From an uncultured Chloroflexia bacterium (GTDB lineage: Bacteria; Chloroflexota; Anaerolineae; Anaerolineales; Anaerolineaceae): a DNA stretch of 64,000 nt. The notes under the pieces were generated by a model. It did not search any database. It worked only from the letters and a program-made list of their open reading frames with translations, and was not told the DNA's origin. Both the position numbers and the translations under genes were made by a program. The stretch covers positions 19,526-83,525 of the forward strand of contig CAVYEQ010000006.1 in assembly GCA_963767675.1 (NCBI GenBank), given 5' to 3'. Within the stretch, counting starts at the first letter, position 1. Each line of letters opens with the position of its first letter. Positions 1 through 10,950 of this stretch are shown piece by piece.

Positions 1-2
1 TT

Positions 3-755
3 ATTTGTACTGCAGGCGCTTTCGGCACCGGGACGGTGGGTGCCCTGGTGGATATGGTCGCGCTGCCGATCAACAACACCTACCAGGCGCATATCCTCGC
101 GGTGGATGCGGTTGGCAATGTGGCTTACTGCGCACCGGGGATGGACCCTGTGGTTCAATCCCTCCCATCAGCTGGTGCAGGGGTGGGCGAAGGGGTGAGG
201 ATCGACTATGAATACAACCGATTGTATATTCTCAATCCAGCAAATGCTTCAGTGTTGATATTTGGCTCAACAGAGGGGCAATTTTTAGATCCACCGGACA
301 ATTACTTTGAAGGTGCCAGGGCGGAGGAAGTCCCTGATTTCTCAAAAATTGTGGATATGGCGGTCAATGGACCTGAAGTATATCTTTTGCGAGGAGATGG
401 CAAATTGGTGGACTGCGTCTACAGCGGACTGCCGGATAACCCCGTGACCTGTGAAAAACCAGTGACCTATATTGATGGTCGCGCTGGAAGTGAGGACCAA
501 ACCCTGGTGATGCCGGAAGCAAGCTATGTGTCTGTACTTTACACCGCACCACCGGATCCTTCAGTCAGCATCCTGGACGCCACCAATGCAGATATCTACC
601 GGTTTTCACTGCGCTTCAGGGCTTACCAGCGGCTGCGTCCTGACCTGGGCGATTTCGAAGTTGAATCACCAACCGCAACAGCTTTCACCATCGGGATTGA
701 CCAGATCGCCTTCATCGCCTTTGGCAACCAGGTGTTTTATGCCTATGTGGATTAA
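3..755 (+). CDS. Hypothetical protein, C-terminal part (possible beta-propeller/NHL-like); 5' truncated by window edge
   Basis: Frame open from position 3 to TAA at 753-755; beta-rich acidic sequence (LYILNPANASVLIF, YLLRGDGKL). Confidence 0.7.
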   Translation: MCTAGAFGTGTVGALVDMVALPINNTYQAHILAVDAVGNVAYCAPGMDPVVQSLPSAGAGVGEGVRIDYEYNRLYILNPANASVLIFGSTEGQFLDPPDNYFEGARAEEVPDFSKIVDMAVNGPEVYLLRGDGKLVDCVYSGLPDNPVTCEKPVTYIDGRAGSEDQTLVMPEASYVSVLYTAPPDPSVSILDATNADIYRFSLRFRAYQRLRPDLGDFEVESPTATAFTIGIDQIAFIAFGNQVFYAYVD

Positions 756-803
756 AGGGGGTTAAGTTTCTTTTGCGCTGATAGCTTTCATATATTGATT
801 AGC

Positions 804-837
804 AAATCCGCGGGATTTTCGAAAATCCCGCGGATTT
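804..837. terminator. Perfect 34-bp palindrome, probable terminator or repeat
   Basis: AAATCCGCGGGATTTTC/GAAAATCCCGCGGATTT downstream of first CDS; related hairpin at 11244-11276. Confidence 0.65.
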
Positions 838-1034
838 ATGTTTACAGGGTGTCCGGGAAAATTGTGTGGAATGAGCCCACATAGTGACAATGAATTAGGG
901 GATCATTACTTGCTGTTTTCCATAAAATTGCCTGCTGTTGAACGAACTCAATAGGATATCGTGTTGAATGACAAACATCATTAGGGCATGTATGACATCT
1001 GAGGGTTGCTAATCATTCAAATCCGGGTTATGAT

Positions 1035-1745
1035 ATGTTCAGACATAAAATAATGACCAAAAATGATATGGTAGACCAAAAATTATTAACTGAAAGTGAA
1101 GAAATGTACCTGGTGACCATCCGAAAAAAATTGGATGATAGTCATGACAAGTACATTCCAATTCCGGATATCGCTCTGGGACTTGGCGTACAGCCTGTTT
1201 CAGTTAATCAGATGGTCAAGAAATTGGTTAATTTGGGTTATGTGCGTTATGTGCCGTACAAGGGTGTTGAGCTTACGCTGGCGGGGGAGCGGATTTCCAG
1301 CAGGATTCTGCGGCACCGTCGATTGTGGGAAGTTTTCCTGGTGCGTGAATTGAAAATGGCAGTCGAAACCGCAGATGATTTGGCCTGTCATATGGAGCAT
1401 ATCACTTCTGATGAAGTAGGCGAACGGCTTTCTGTTTTTCTGGATCATCCCAGAGTTAATCTTCACGGGAAGCTTATCCCTCAAATTAGTGGGTCTGAAG
1501 GGAAATCCTTTTCGGGTATCCCATTGACTGAATTTCAGGCAGGTGAGAGCGGTTTACTTGTCAGCATTGATACTGATGAATTAACAGCGGAATTCTTGGC
1601 TTCTGAAGGCCTTCAACCGGGTATGACAATCAATGTGCTGGCTGTTGGCAGCAGAGGTGAGGTGCTGGCCGAATCCCCTAAGGGACGAGTTCGGCTGGCA
1701 GATGAATTGGCATCCAGGATCCGTATGGAGAATGCAGGTAGATGA
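1035..1745 (+). CDS. DtxR/MntR-family metal-dependent repressor with C-terminal FeoA domain
   Basis: EEMYL, SVNQMVKKL HTH, YKGVELT, RHRLWEVFL, MEH motifs; true start may be 1053 or 1068. Confidence 0.92.
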   Translation: MFRHKIMTKNDMVDQKLLTESEEMYLVTIRKKLDDSHDKYIPIPDIALGLGVQPVSVNQMVKKLVNLGYVRYVPYKGVELTLAGERISSRILRHRRLWEVFLVRELKMAVETADDLACHMEHITSDEVGERLSVFLDHPRVNLHGKLIPQISGSEGKSFSGIPLTEFQAGESGLLVSIDTDELTAEFLASEGLQPGMTINVLAVGSRGEVLAESPKGRVRLADELASRIRMENAGR

Positions 1746-2071
1746 AGAAAATCGTTTGTCCACTCGCAATGGCGCCAGTGGGGCAGGATTTGGCACTTGA
1801 CCGCATCCAGGGAGGGGAAGCCGTTGTACACCGGCTGACAGCATTGGGTCTGACACCTGGTGTGAAAATCAGGATAGTTCAGAATGGTGGGGGACCGCTG
1901 GTTTTGTGTGTGAGGGAATCACGCATCGCCCTGGGGCGCCGAATGGCACTCAGGATCATGGTCCGTTTTGAATTGGACGAAGAAGCCCTCAAGTCAGAAA
2001 ACCATGTTGGCAGGGGAGGGTGGAGACATCATTTAAATCGTCATCACCACCGCAAAAACAAATTCCGATAG
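1742..2071 (+). CDS. feoA: Ferrous iron transport protein A with His-rich tail
   Basis: RLTALGLTPG...GPL...RIALGR FeoA signature; ATGA overlap with upstream gene. Confidence 0.92.
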   Translation: MKKIVCPLAMAPVGQDLALDRIQGGEAVVHRLTALGLTPGVKIRIVQNGGGPLVLCVRESRIALGRRMALRIMVRFELDEEALKSENHVGRGGWRHHLNRHHHRKNKFR

Positions 2072-2083
2072 CAGGAAGAATAC

Positions 2084-2590
2084 ATGAAAACCTTGCGTGT
2101 AGCGCTGGCTGGCAATCCAAATGCTGGAAAAAGCACAATATTCAACGCGTTGACGGGTTCCCATCAGCATGTGGGCAACTGGCCTGGAAAGACCGTTGAA
2201 AAGAAACAGGGGAAATTCAAGTATGACGACTTTGAAATTGAAGTCGTGGATTTGCCTGGCACATACAGCCTGACAGCGTATTCACCGGAAGAAGTGATTG
2301 CACGAGATTATATTATTAACGAAAAACCTGACCTGGTTGTAACAGTTGTTGATGCTGCCAACCTGGAGCGCAATTTATATCTTACCGTCCAGGTTCTGGA
2401 ACTTGATGTACCTGTTGTGGTTGCATTGAATATGTCAGATATTGCTAAAACCCGTGGATTAAGTATCGATATAGATATGCTAAGTCAGGGATTGAGTTCT
2501 CCTGTTGTACGAACAATAGCGAATAAGAGTGATGGTATTCAGCCCTTGATCAAAGCGATTATTGCAGTAAGTGAGGATCAAGGCGCATGA
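2084..2590 (+). CDS. feoB: FeoB N-terminal GTPase domain as a separate gene
   Basis: [33 protein letters not shown]-motifs; ends after the G domain. Confidence 0.92.
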   Translation: MKTLRVALAGNPNAGKSTIFNALTGSHQHVGNWPGKTVEKKQGKFKYDDFEIEVVDLPGTYSLTAYSPEEVIARDYIINEKPDLVVTVVDAANLERNLYLTVQVLELDVPVVVALNMSDIAKTRGLSIDIDMLSQGLSSPVVRTIANKSDGIQPLIKAIIAVSEDQGA

Positions 2591-4328
2591 CATCCCATGA
2601 CCTGGCTTACTCACAACGATCCGGTTTCAGCATTGATTATGGACGCGAAGCAGAAGAAGAGATCGTCCGCCTGCAGGAATTGATCCAAAAAGTTGAGTGG
2701 CTTACAGAGCAATATCCCACTCGTTGGCTGGCGATCAAATTAATGGAAGGGGATCCTGATATTCAAATGCGGCTGAAAGTCTCACAGGAAGGCCGGGATA
2801 TCCTGACTTCTGCTGAGCAAAGTATTGCCCACCTGAATAAAATATTCAATGATGACGTTGATGTGGTTATTGCTGACCATCGCTACGGCTGGATCAATGG
2901 CTTGGTGAAAGAAGCTGTTAAACCGAACACGAGAAGACCGTCTGACCGTCTCGGATAAAATTGATAAAGTTTTTACCAGTCGATTGCTTGGACTCCCGAT
3001 ATTCCTTATTTGCAATGTGGGTCGTCTTTAAATTGACAGCGGATGTTTCTGGACCATATCTCGAATGGATCGCCAGCGTGGTCAATGGTCCAATTGCCAA
3101 CTGGATCACTCATATTTTAGAATTGCTTGGGATGGGCGGGAGCTGGGTTGAAAGTATGTTTGTGGAGGGTATCATCGCCGGCGTTGGGGGTGTGCTGGCT
3201 TTTATCCCTGTAATGATGTTCCTTTACCTTGCTCTGGCAATTTTGGAAGACTCCGGCTATATGGCAAGGGCAGCTTTTGTTATGGACGGTTTGATGCATA
3301 TTCTGGGGTTGCATGGTAAGAGTTTTCTACCCATGCTGGTTGGGTTTGGCTGTACCGTGCCTGCTTTATATGCTACCCGAACGCTGGAGAATGAAAAAGA
3401 CCGTATCCTGACCGGCTTGCTTGTGCCATTTATGAGCTGCGGTGCTCGTTTGCCGGTTTATGTGTTATTCTCAGCCATTTTCTTCCCAAAACGTGCTGGA
3501 CTTATCGTATTCAGCTTATATCTGTTAGGTATCATCACGGCAATCGTTTTGGGCATCATCCTTAAAAATACGGTCTTCAAAGGGAAAGAACTATCTGCAT
3601 TCGTCATGGAACTTCCTCCTTACCGCATTCCCACCCTGCGAAGTATCTGGTCCCATATGTGGGAACGGACAAGTGAATTTGTCCGAAAAGCCTGGTCGCT
3701 CATCCTGGTGACCAGCGTCATTTTATGGTTTCTAACGGCTATCCCGGTTGGCGGGGCAGGTCAATTTGCCGATGTCGAAATTAGCAACAGCGCCTTTGCC
3801 TCTGTCAGTAAAGTGATTTCCCCAATTTTGAAGCCTCTCGGTTTCGGAAGCTGGGAAACCAGCGGTGCCCTTGTGACAGGTTTTGTGGCAAAAGAGGTTG
3901 TCGTGACCACGCTTACTCAGGTTCATAGCCTGGAGGAACTCACAGATGAAGTAGAACCAACAAACTTCTTTGAAGATATCGGTGAGATCGTAATTTCTTT
4001 TATCCGTGCAACAGGTGATACGATAAAATCACTTCCTTTGATTGTCGGCATCAACCTTTTCGAGGAAGAAGCGGAAAAAGACCCCACCACCCTGATGACA
4101 GCTGTTCAGGACAGCTTTGAAGAAACCAGTAATGGACACGGTGCTTTGGCAGCGTTCGCATTTATGGTTTTTGTATTGCTCTACACACCCTGTGTTGTGG
4201 CAGTTGCTGCTGAACGGCAGGAGTTGGGGAGTAAATGGACCTGGATATCGGTAATCGGCCAGTTCATTCTCGCCTGGTTAATGGCTTTCGTTGTCTTCCA
4301 GGGAGGCATCCTGCTTGGTTTGGGATGA
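2587..4328 (+). CDS. feoB: FeoB helical and membrane domains (frameshift near 2935 joins ORFs 2587-2958 and 2961-4328)
   Basis: [61 protein letters not shown]. Confidence 0.92.
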
Positions 4329-4337
4329 GTTCAAGAT

Positions 4338-4631
4338 ATGATCAGTCAAATTCTTCATGAGATCAAAACAACCAGGGGGGCGATCCAGCTCAACGAGTTA
4401 AAAGTTAAACTGGGAGTTGAACGCAGCGCACTGGAAGGTATGATCCAGCACCTTGTAAACACAGGTCACCTCATCGATGACTCCAGGGTTGAAGATAGTG
4501 AGAGTATCGGAAACTGTGCAGCAGCCTGTAAAGGTTTTACCGCCTGCCCATTTACTGCGAAACTACCGAAAACCTATTCGACTCCAACCATTAAGCAACC
4601 TGCTGCCAATCGTTACCGCAACCCCTCCTGA
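4338..4631 (+). CDS. FeoC-like winged-helix Cys-rich protein
   Basis: wHTH followed by C-x3-C-x5-CP; directly after feoB. Confidence 0.75.
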   Translation: MISQILHEIKTTRGAIQLNELKVKLGVERSALEGMIQHLVNTGHLIDDSRVEDSESIGNCAAACKGFTACPFTAKLPKTYSTPTIKQPAANRYRNPS

Positions 4632-4789
4632 TTGAAGAATAATAATATATTGGCCTGCTCTGTATTCTGATAAATCAGAATGTTTTTCAATTTCTGTTGA
4701 CCCAAACAATAATACTGAATGCCGAATAAATAGGGTTGGTGATACAATTGGTTTTTAGAACCAATTGTATTTTTTTACTGAGGAGTCAT

Positions 4790-6335
4790 ATGGAAAAAGA
4801 AGATCCCAGAATAGACCGACTGCGTAAGATGCGTGCCAAAACGGAGCAGGGAGGTGGACAGGATCGCATTGACCGGCAGCATGCGAAGGGGAAATTAACC
4901 GCCCGCGAACGTCTTGACCTGTTGTTGGATAAGAATAGCTTTGTGGAGCTTGAAGCATTTACAACCCAGCAAACCGATCCGGAAAAGCCGGGTTTTCCCG
5001 GGGATGGTGTGGTGACAGGATACGGCACCGTCGACAACCGTACGGTGTATGTGTATGCGCAGGATTTCACAGTGTCGGGAGGCGCACTGGGTGAGATGCA
5101 CAGCCGCAAAATCTGCCGGGTGATGGATCTGGCGGTCTCTAGCGGCAGCCCGATCATCGGTATTCTTGATTCAGGTGGGGCACGGATCCAGGAAGGGGTC
5201 AAGAGCCTGGGTGGGTATGCAGAAATCTTCAAACGAAATGCGCAGTATTCGGGCGTCGTCCCGCAGATCAGCCTGATCCTGGGGCCATGTGCCGGCGGCG
5301 CTGCTTATTCTCCATCTGTAACAGATTTGATTATCATGGTTGATAAACAGTCTTTTATGTTCCTGACCGGTCCTCAGGTGATCAAGACGGTTACAGGGGA
5401 GGAAACGGATTTTGAGTCGCTTGGCGGCGCTCAGGTGCATACGACCCGAAGTGGCATTGCTCATTTCATGACCATGAACGAAGAAGCGGCTTTATCATTA
5501 ACGCGCTCAATCCTGAGCTACCTGCCATCCAATAATGTTGATAATCCGCCATTCAGCAGAGCGAATGATAATCCATGGCGAAGGGAAGATAGCGCTGAAT
5601 ACGCTTGTTCCGGTTGACCCGAGCATCCCATACAGCATGCATGATGTGATTGAAGCTGTCGTTGACCGGGGGTCATTCCTTGAGATCCAGGCAGGTTATG
5701 CCCGAAATGCAATCGTTGGCTTGGGGCGGTTAAACGGCAGGTCGGTGGGCATTCTTGCACAGGAACCCAGCGTAATGGCAGGGGTGATTGATATTAATGC
5801 CGCAGACAAGATCAGCCGCGCAGTCCGATTTTTTGATGCCTTTAATTTGCCTTTGGTCACGTTTGTGGATTCACCGGGTTTCCTGCCGGGGATAAGCCAG
5901 GAACATGGGGGAATCATCCGGCATGGTGCGAAAGTGCTGTTTGCTTATTCGGAAGCAACAGTGCCAAAGGTAAGTGTGGTCACACGTAAAGCCTACGGGG
6001 GAGCTTACGTTGTCATGAGCAGCAAATATCTGGGGACGGATATCAGCTATGCCTGGCCCAGTGCTGAGATTGCAGTGATGGGACCCCAGGGTGCGATCAA
6101 TATTCTCCATCGGAGGGAACTTGCGGAAGCAGAAAATCCTGAAGACACACGAAAACGGTTAGAAGAGGAATACCGGGACCGCTACCTGCATCCATATGCT
6201 GCCGCAAGTGCTGGTTACGTGGATGATGTGATCGAACCTGCTGAAACGAGAGCGATGATCATTAAAGCCCTCAATGCGACCCAAAACAAAGCCGAACAGC
6301 GACCTCCCCGCAAGCACGGTAATATGCCGGTATAA
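4790..6335 (+). CDS. mmdA: Acyl-CoA carboxyltransferase (methylmalonyl-CoA decarboxylase alpha / PccB family); frameshift near 5580
   Basis: GKLTARER, QDFTVSGGALG, DSGGARIQEG, GPCAGGAAYSP, VDSPGFLPG, RKAYGGAY, KHGNMPV; RBS GAGGAG. Confidence 0.88.
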
Positions 6336-6346
6336 GAGGAAAAGAC

Positions 6347-6694
6347 ATGACTGAAATCCAACAAGGTTTACTAATTGCCGGGATTGGGATGGGCCTGGTC
6401 TTCTTCCTGATCATTTTGTTGTGGTTATTGATGGCTTTGATGATGCGTGTAACCTCCAACAAGAAACATTTGCCTGCAGAGGGGGAAGATGGGGATGCAG
6501 TTGTACAACCATCGGTTTCGGATATCAAGGAAGTAGAAGGCCAGCGGCGAGCAGCCGCGGCAGGGGTAGCGGTTGCATTGGCTATTTCTTCCAGTCAAAA
6601 GCGAATAGCGGGACATATGTTGAAAGAAGAGCGAGTCGAGATCAGCCCCTGGCTGTCTTACCATCGATCACGTCAGTTAGAGAATAAACATTAA
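6347..6694 (+). CDS. OadG/MmdD-family membrane anchor subunit
   Basis: GMGLVFFLIILL single TM helix, AAAAGVAVAL, SPW motif; operon position. Confidence 0.8.
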   Translation: MTEIQQGLLIAGIGMGLVFFLIILLWLLMALMMRVTSNKKHLPAEGEDGDAVVQPSVSDIKEVEGQRRAAAAGVAVALAISSSQKRIAGHMLKEERVEISPWLSYHRSRQLENKH

Positions 6695-6707
6695 TGAGGA
6701 TGTTTCT

Positions 6708-7136
6708 ATGAAGATCAAAGTTGAGATTGACGGGAAAACCTACCAGGTGGAAGTTGAAGATGTCCACGCACGCCCTGTTGTGGCGATCGTAGATGGGGAA
6801 CGTTTTGAAGTGTGGCCAGAATCGGATCAGGCAATCGGTCCTGCAGTGACTTCTGCGCCCGGGATTTCCGTTCCAGAACCAATGCAAAGCGCACCTGGTG
6901 GACCAGCTCAGGCAGGCAGCAGCAAGGACGTTGCTGCGCCACTGCCAGGCGTTATCGTGGCTGTTTTGGTGAAAGGAGGAGACTCCGTCACTCGCGGCCA
7001 GGAACTGTGTACGCTTGAAGCGATGAAAATGAAGAATGCGATCAAGAGCAGCCGGGATGGGGTAATTGGGGAGGTTGCGGTGAATGTGGGCGAACAGGTT
7101 AACCACGGTCAGGTTCTGATGACCTTCAAAGAATAA
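6708..7136 (+). CDS. Biotin carboxyl carrier protein (MmdC-like)
   Basis: APLPG...LEAMKMKN biotinylation motif. Confidence 0.93.
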   Translation: MKIKVEIDGKTYQVEVEDVHARPVVAIVDGERFEVWPESDQAIGPAVTSAPGISVPEPMQSAPGGPAQAGSSKDVAAPLPGVIVAVLVKGGDSVTRGQELCTLEAMKMKNAIKSSRDGVIGEVAVNVGEQVNHGQVLMTFKE

Positions 7137-7148
7137 GGGAGTTAGTGG

Positions 7149-8269
7149 ATGGATTTTTCTTATTTGTTGGAAGAGATCACACGAGGTTTCACAGAGTTTT
7201 CACTAGGTAATGCCGTCATGGTCCTGCTTGGCCTGGGCCTGATCACCCTGGCCGTGGTCAAGGAATACGAACCTGTCCTGCTGCTGCCGATCGGGTTTGG
7301 CTGCATCATGGCCAACATTGGTATGTCCTCAGATGTTGGTTTTATGAAAGTGATCTATGATGCTGGGATCAAATCTGAATTGTTTCCGCTGCTGATCTTT
7401 ATAGGTGTCGGCGCTATGATCGATTTCAGCCCTTTGTTGGCTCAACCAAAAATGGTCCTGCTTGGGGCTGCCGGGCAGTTTGGGATCTACTTGACACTAC
7501 TCCTGGCTTTATTACTGGGATTCCCGATGAACGAAGCGGCTTCTATCGGTGTAATTGGTGCGATTGACGGGCCTACAGCGATCTTTGTGGGAAGTAAACT
7601 CGCACCTGAGATTTTAGCGCCTATCGCTGTCGCGGCTTACTCCTATATGAGTTTGATACCTATCATTCAGCCGCCGATCATGAAACTGTCTGACCACGCG
7701 CAAAGAGCGCTTGATCAGAATGGAATATGCCCCCCGTCCGGTTTCACGGCTCACATTGGTGGTTTTCCCAATATTTGTCACCTTTATCGTCAGCCTGGCG
7801 GCACCAGATGCCGCTCCCCTGATTGCTTCCTTGATGTTGGGGAATTTGCTCAGAGAGAGCCTTGTTGTGGACCGGTTGAGTAAAGCCGCCCAGAATGAGA
7901 TCATCAATATCGCCACCCTGTTCTTAGGACTTGCGATTGGTTCAACGATGAAGGCTGAGTCTTTCATCAACCTGCAGACATTACTGATCATGGCGCTTGG
8001 GATTGATCGCCTTTATTCTGGATACGGTCGCCGGGCTGCTGTTTGGAAAATTGATGTCAGCCATGAGCGGTGGGAAGATCAACCCATTGATCGGTGCCTG
8101 TGGGATCAGCGCTTTTCCAATGGCTGGGCGGTTATCTGCAAAAATGGCACAGGAAGAGGACTTTGAGAACTTCATCCTGATGCATGCCATGGGGGCCAAC
8201 ACTGCCGGGCAGCTTGGCAGCGTGATCGCTGGCGGCTTGCTTCTGGCGCTTGTATCCGGGATGGGATAG
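7149..8269 (+). CDS. mmdB: Na+-transporting decarboxylase beta subunit (OadB/MmdB); frameshifts near 7690 and 8000
   Basis: YEPVLLLPIGFG, GAAGQFG, GAIDGPTAI, AAYSYMSL, NPLIGACGISAFP, AMGANTAGQLGS. Confidence 0.9.
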
Positions 8270-8337
8270 GTTAGAGACAATTAAAGCCTATTGTTTATGT
8301 AAATCATTGATCTGATAACAATAAGAAAGGAGTAGTC

Positions 8338-9018
8338 ATGCAGTATCGTATTGAAGGGACTGTTTTTCCAACTCTGGAAGTTCGATTAGCCAAGGGAGAA
8401 TCAGTTTTTACTGAATCAGGCGGGATGGCCTGGATGAGTAAGGGGATCAATATGTCAACCAGCACACGCGGTGGTTTGATGGCAGGCCTGGGACGGGCAC
8501 TGGCTGGCGAATCGCTGTTCATGGTGACCTACGCCTGTGAGGTGGATGTGGGTTCTATTGTGTTCACACCTGAAGCCCCCGGGCGGGTGCTTGATTTTCA
8601 ATTAGAGCCCAACCAATCCATGATCTGCCAGAAGGATGCTTTCCTGTGCGCTGAACAATCAGTAGAGATTAAAATGCATTTCCGAAAGCAGCTTGGTGCT
8701 GGCCTCTTCGGCGGTGAGGGCTTCATCCTTCAGGAAGTCACCGGGCCAGGTATGGTCTTCCTGGCAATCCCCGGTGAGGTCAAGGAGCGCGACCTCGCCA
8801 GCGGCGAGCAATTATTGATTGACCCCGGGCATATTGCCATGTTCCAGCCTTCAGTCACATATGACATCAAAATGGTGAAAGGGATCAAGAATGTACTGTT
8901 TGCCGGGGAGGGATTATTCCTGGCGACCCTCACCGGGCCAGGCAGAGTGTGGCTGCAAACATTCCCCTTATCAAATCTTGCAGCGAAGATAGCACGGTAC
9001 ATCCCAAAGAGCAGGTGA
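8338..9018 (+). CDS. AIM24/TIGR00266 family protein
   Basis: ESGGMAWM, GESLF, QKDAFL, GEGFILQ, GPGRVWLQ. Confidence 0.88.
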   Translation: MQYRIEGTVFPTLEVRLAKGESVFTESGGMAWMSKGINMSTSTRGGLMAGLGRALAGESLFMVTYACEVDVGSIVFTPEAPGRVLDFQLEPNQSMICQKDAFLCAEQSVEIKMHFRKQLGAGLFGGEGFILQEVTGPGMVFLAIPGEVKERDLASGEQLLIDPGHIAMFQPSVTYDIKMVKGIKNVLFAGEGLFLATLTGPGRVWLQTFPLSNLAAKIARYIPKSR

Positions 9019-9058
9019 ACCATAAAAATGCTGGTCTAATCATGAGAAACATGGTATC

Positions 9059-9185
9059 GGGCAAGCACAGAGGCTTGCCCCTACCTGAGAAAACTTGAAC
9101 AATTATTGGCCTGAGGTTTTCAGCTGTTTATACATTTTGTAGGGGTAGACCTGTGCTTGCCTCCCGTTTGGGACTGTGTCTACCC
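9059..9185. repeat. Doublet of GTAG-tagged REP-like palindromes; second copy has 21 extra nt
   Basis: Minus GTAGGGGCAAGCCTCTGTGCTTGCCC at 9059-9084; plus GTAGGGGTAGACCT[21 nt]CTGTGTCTACCC at 9139-9185; empty form at 59221. Confidence 0.75.
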
Positions 9186-9269
9186 TAAGGGGAGTGCATT
9201 TAAACCAGAAAAATCGTTGACCTCAACGATTTTTCTATGGCGTATATTAGAAAAAACAAAACCGAGGTT

Positions 9270-9773
9270 TTACTTTTCCTTCTTCTTCAATGCTTTCGGT
9301 GTCCAGAATCCTGTTAACTCCCCCATGCTTTCCAAAGAGATCTCTTCCCAGCTATCGATTGCCAGGACAAGTTGCCCTAAAGCTGCGGTTGGCATGGCTT
9401 CGATCTCCCCGTCGACGATTTGGAGATATGTCTCCAACCCAGGATTGTGGGCGACGATCATAACCGTGTCATAATCCTTTGCCTGTTTTTTGAGGATTTT
9501 GATGAAATCCTGCGGCTCCCCCATGTAGAGTTTGTCAGAATAAACCAGTTCATTCTTATAATTTATTGTTTCGACAAAGGTTTCTACGGTATCTTTGACA
9601 CGTTGAGCTGTTGAAGCAAGGATCAAATCAGGTGTGAGATGGTTTTTCTTGATCACTTTAGCAATTAATTTAGTATCTTTAAAACCACGTTTTTTGAGCG
9701 GTCGTTCATGGTCTTCTAGTTTTTCATCTTTCCAGCTTGATTTGGCGTGGCGCATGAGCAACAGGTTCTTCAT
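9270..9773 (-). CDS. sixA: SixA-like phosphohistidine phosphatase
   Basis: MRHAKS, DHERPL, STAQRVKDT, AHNPG, MPTA. Confidence 0.88.
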   Translation of the reverse strand: MKNLLLMRHAKSSWKDEKLEDHERPLKKRGFKDTKLIAKVIKKNHLTPDLILASTAQRVKDTVETFVETINYKNELVYSDKLYMGEPQDFIKILKKQAKDYDTVMIVAHNPGLETYLQIVDGEIEAMPTAALGQLVLAIDSWEEISLESMGELTGFWTPKALKKKEK

Positions 9774-9865
9774 TCAAAACACTCCTAAAACTATTCAAAC
9801 ATTCCAACTGGTAATCATATCACAATGCAGGTCGGTGTGGTCATTGATTTTTTGAATTAAAAAAA

Positions 9866-10804
9866 TCAGCGCTTTTCAGTGATATAAGATGATGTCGCTT
9901 CAATCACTGCCCTGATATGATCGAAATTGATATCTGTTGGCAGGGTGCAATCCGCACCGATGATGAGATTCAAAGGGCCAAATGATTCGATGATTTCGTG
10001 TACCCTGTTCTGGATCTCTTCACGCGTGCCATCGACAATCACGCCGCGGTTATCCAAACCACCGAGAATTGGGCGATTGAAGAGTCTTTTACCCGTTTCT
10101 AGTGGGATATTGTGTTTTGCTGTTGCTGCCCAGTTGATCACATCGCCTGGATAGTTTTCATAAAGGTGAAGGCGAATGTTATCGCGGCAGATGTGGAGGA
10201 TATTCAATTCCCCTTTACCTTCGATTGCCCTCAGCACCGTTAGGTCGTGTGGTTTGATATAGGCTAGAAATTCATCTTCGGTAAATCGGTCAGCTTCACC
10301 GCCCTGAGCAGAAAAATAAATTCCATCCGCACCGGCATCAAGACAGGCTGCAGAAAATTCAGCCAGGCTCTCAGCGATGGTACCCAGTCCGATATTGACG
10401 GACTCTGGATCCATTTTTAGATGTTCGGTGACCAGTTTCCCAGCCGCATGGTTGCCTGAGGAAAAGGGGTTAAAGATTGTGGTCGTCGTCAGACATTCCC
10501 CGCCAAGTTGGTCCGTGATCATTTTAATCTCGTCCAGTTGTGCCTGGTAGAAGTCACTTCTGAGGGGCGCAGGCCTGATATTTCGCCAATCAGAGGGGGT
10601 CTTGATTTGATGTTCCACTCTATAATGGTGTTCATTCATGATTTTCAGGAAATCAATACCTGTTTGACGATAGTAATCAATATGTGCCTTGACGGATGCT
10701 TTGCCTTTTGCTGTTTCCTTTGGAAAGTGAAACCAAAGGCTGGCTGGGACGCGGTCAGGTATCTTTCCATTAAGTACGGCGCGCAGACGTTGAATTTTAT
10801 TCAT
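9866..10804 (-). CDS. Uroporphyrinogen decarboxylase-family (URO-D/CIMS) protein
   Basis: DRVPASLWFHF, ILHIC, INW, LGGLD, IIGADCTLP. Confidence 0.8.
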   Translation of the reverse strand: MNKIQRLRAVLNGKIPDRVPASLWFHFPKETAKGKASVKAHIDYYRQTGIDFLKIMNEHHYRVEHQIKTPSDWRNIRPAPLRSDFYQAQLDEIKMITDQLGGECLTTTTIFNPFSSGNHAAGKLVTEHLKMDPESVNIGLGTIAESLAEFSAACLDAGADGIYFSAQGGEADRFTEDEFLAYIKPHDLTVLRAIEGKGELNILHICRDNIRLHLYENYPGDVINWAATAKHNIPLETGKRLFNRPILGGLDNRGVIVDGTREEIQNRVHEIIESFGPLNLIIGADCTLPTDINFDHIRAVIEATSSYITEKR

Positions 10805-10950
10805 TATTCACACTCCTGAGATGGATTCTACCAGTAAACACATTTGATTTAATTGTCCTGAGAAAAATATCAGGTAATGTCACGCAGGGCAATCCCTGAA
10901 TCAAAGAAATTGGATTGGCTGTGCATAACCTAGGCGTTTTCCATGATTTT

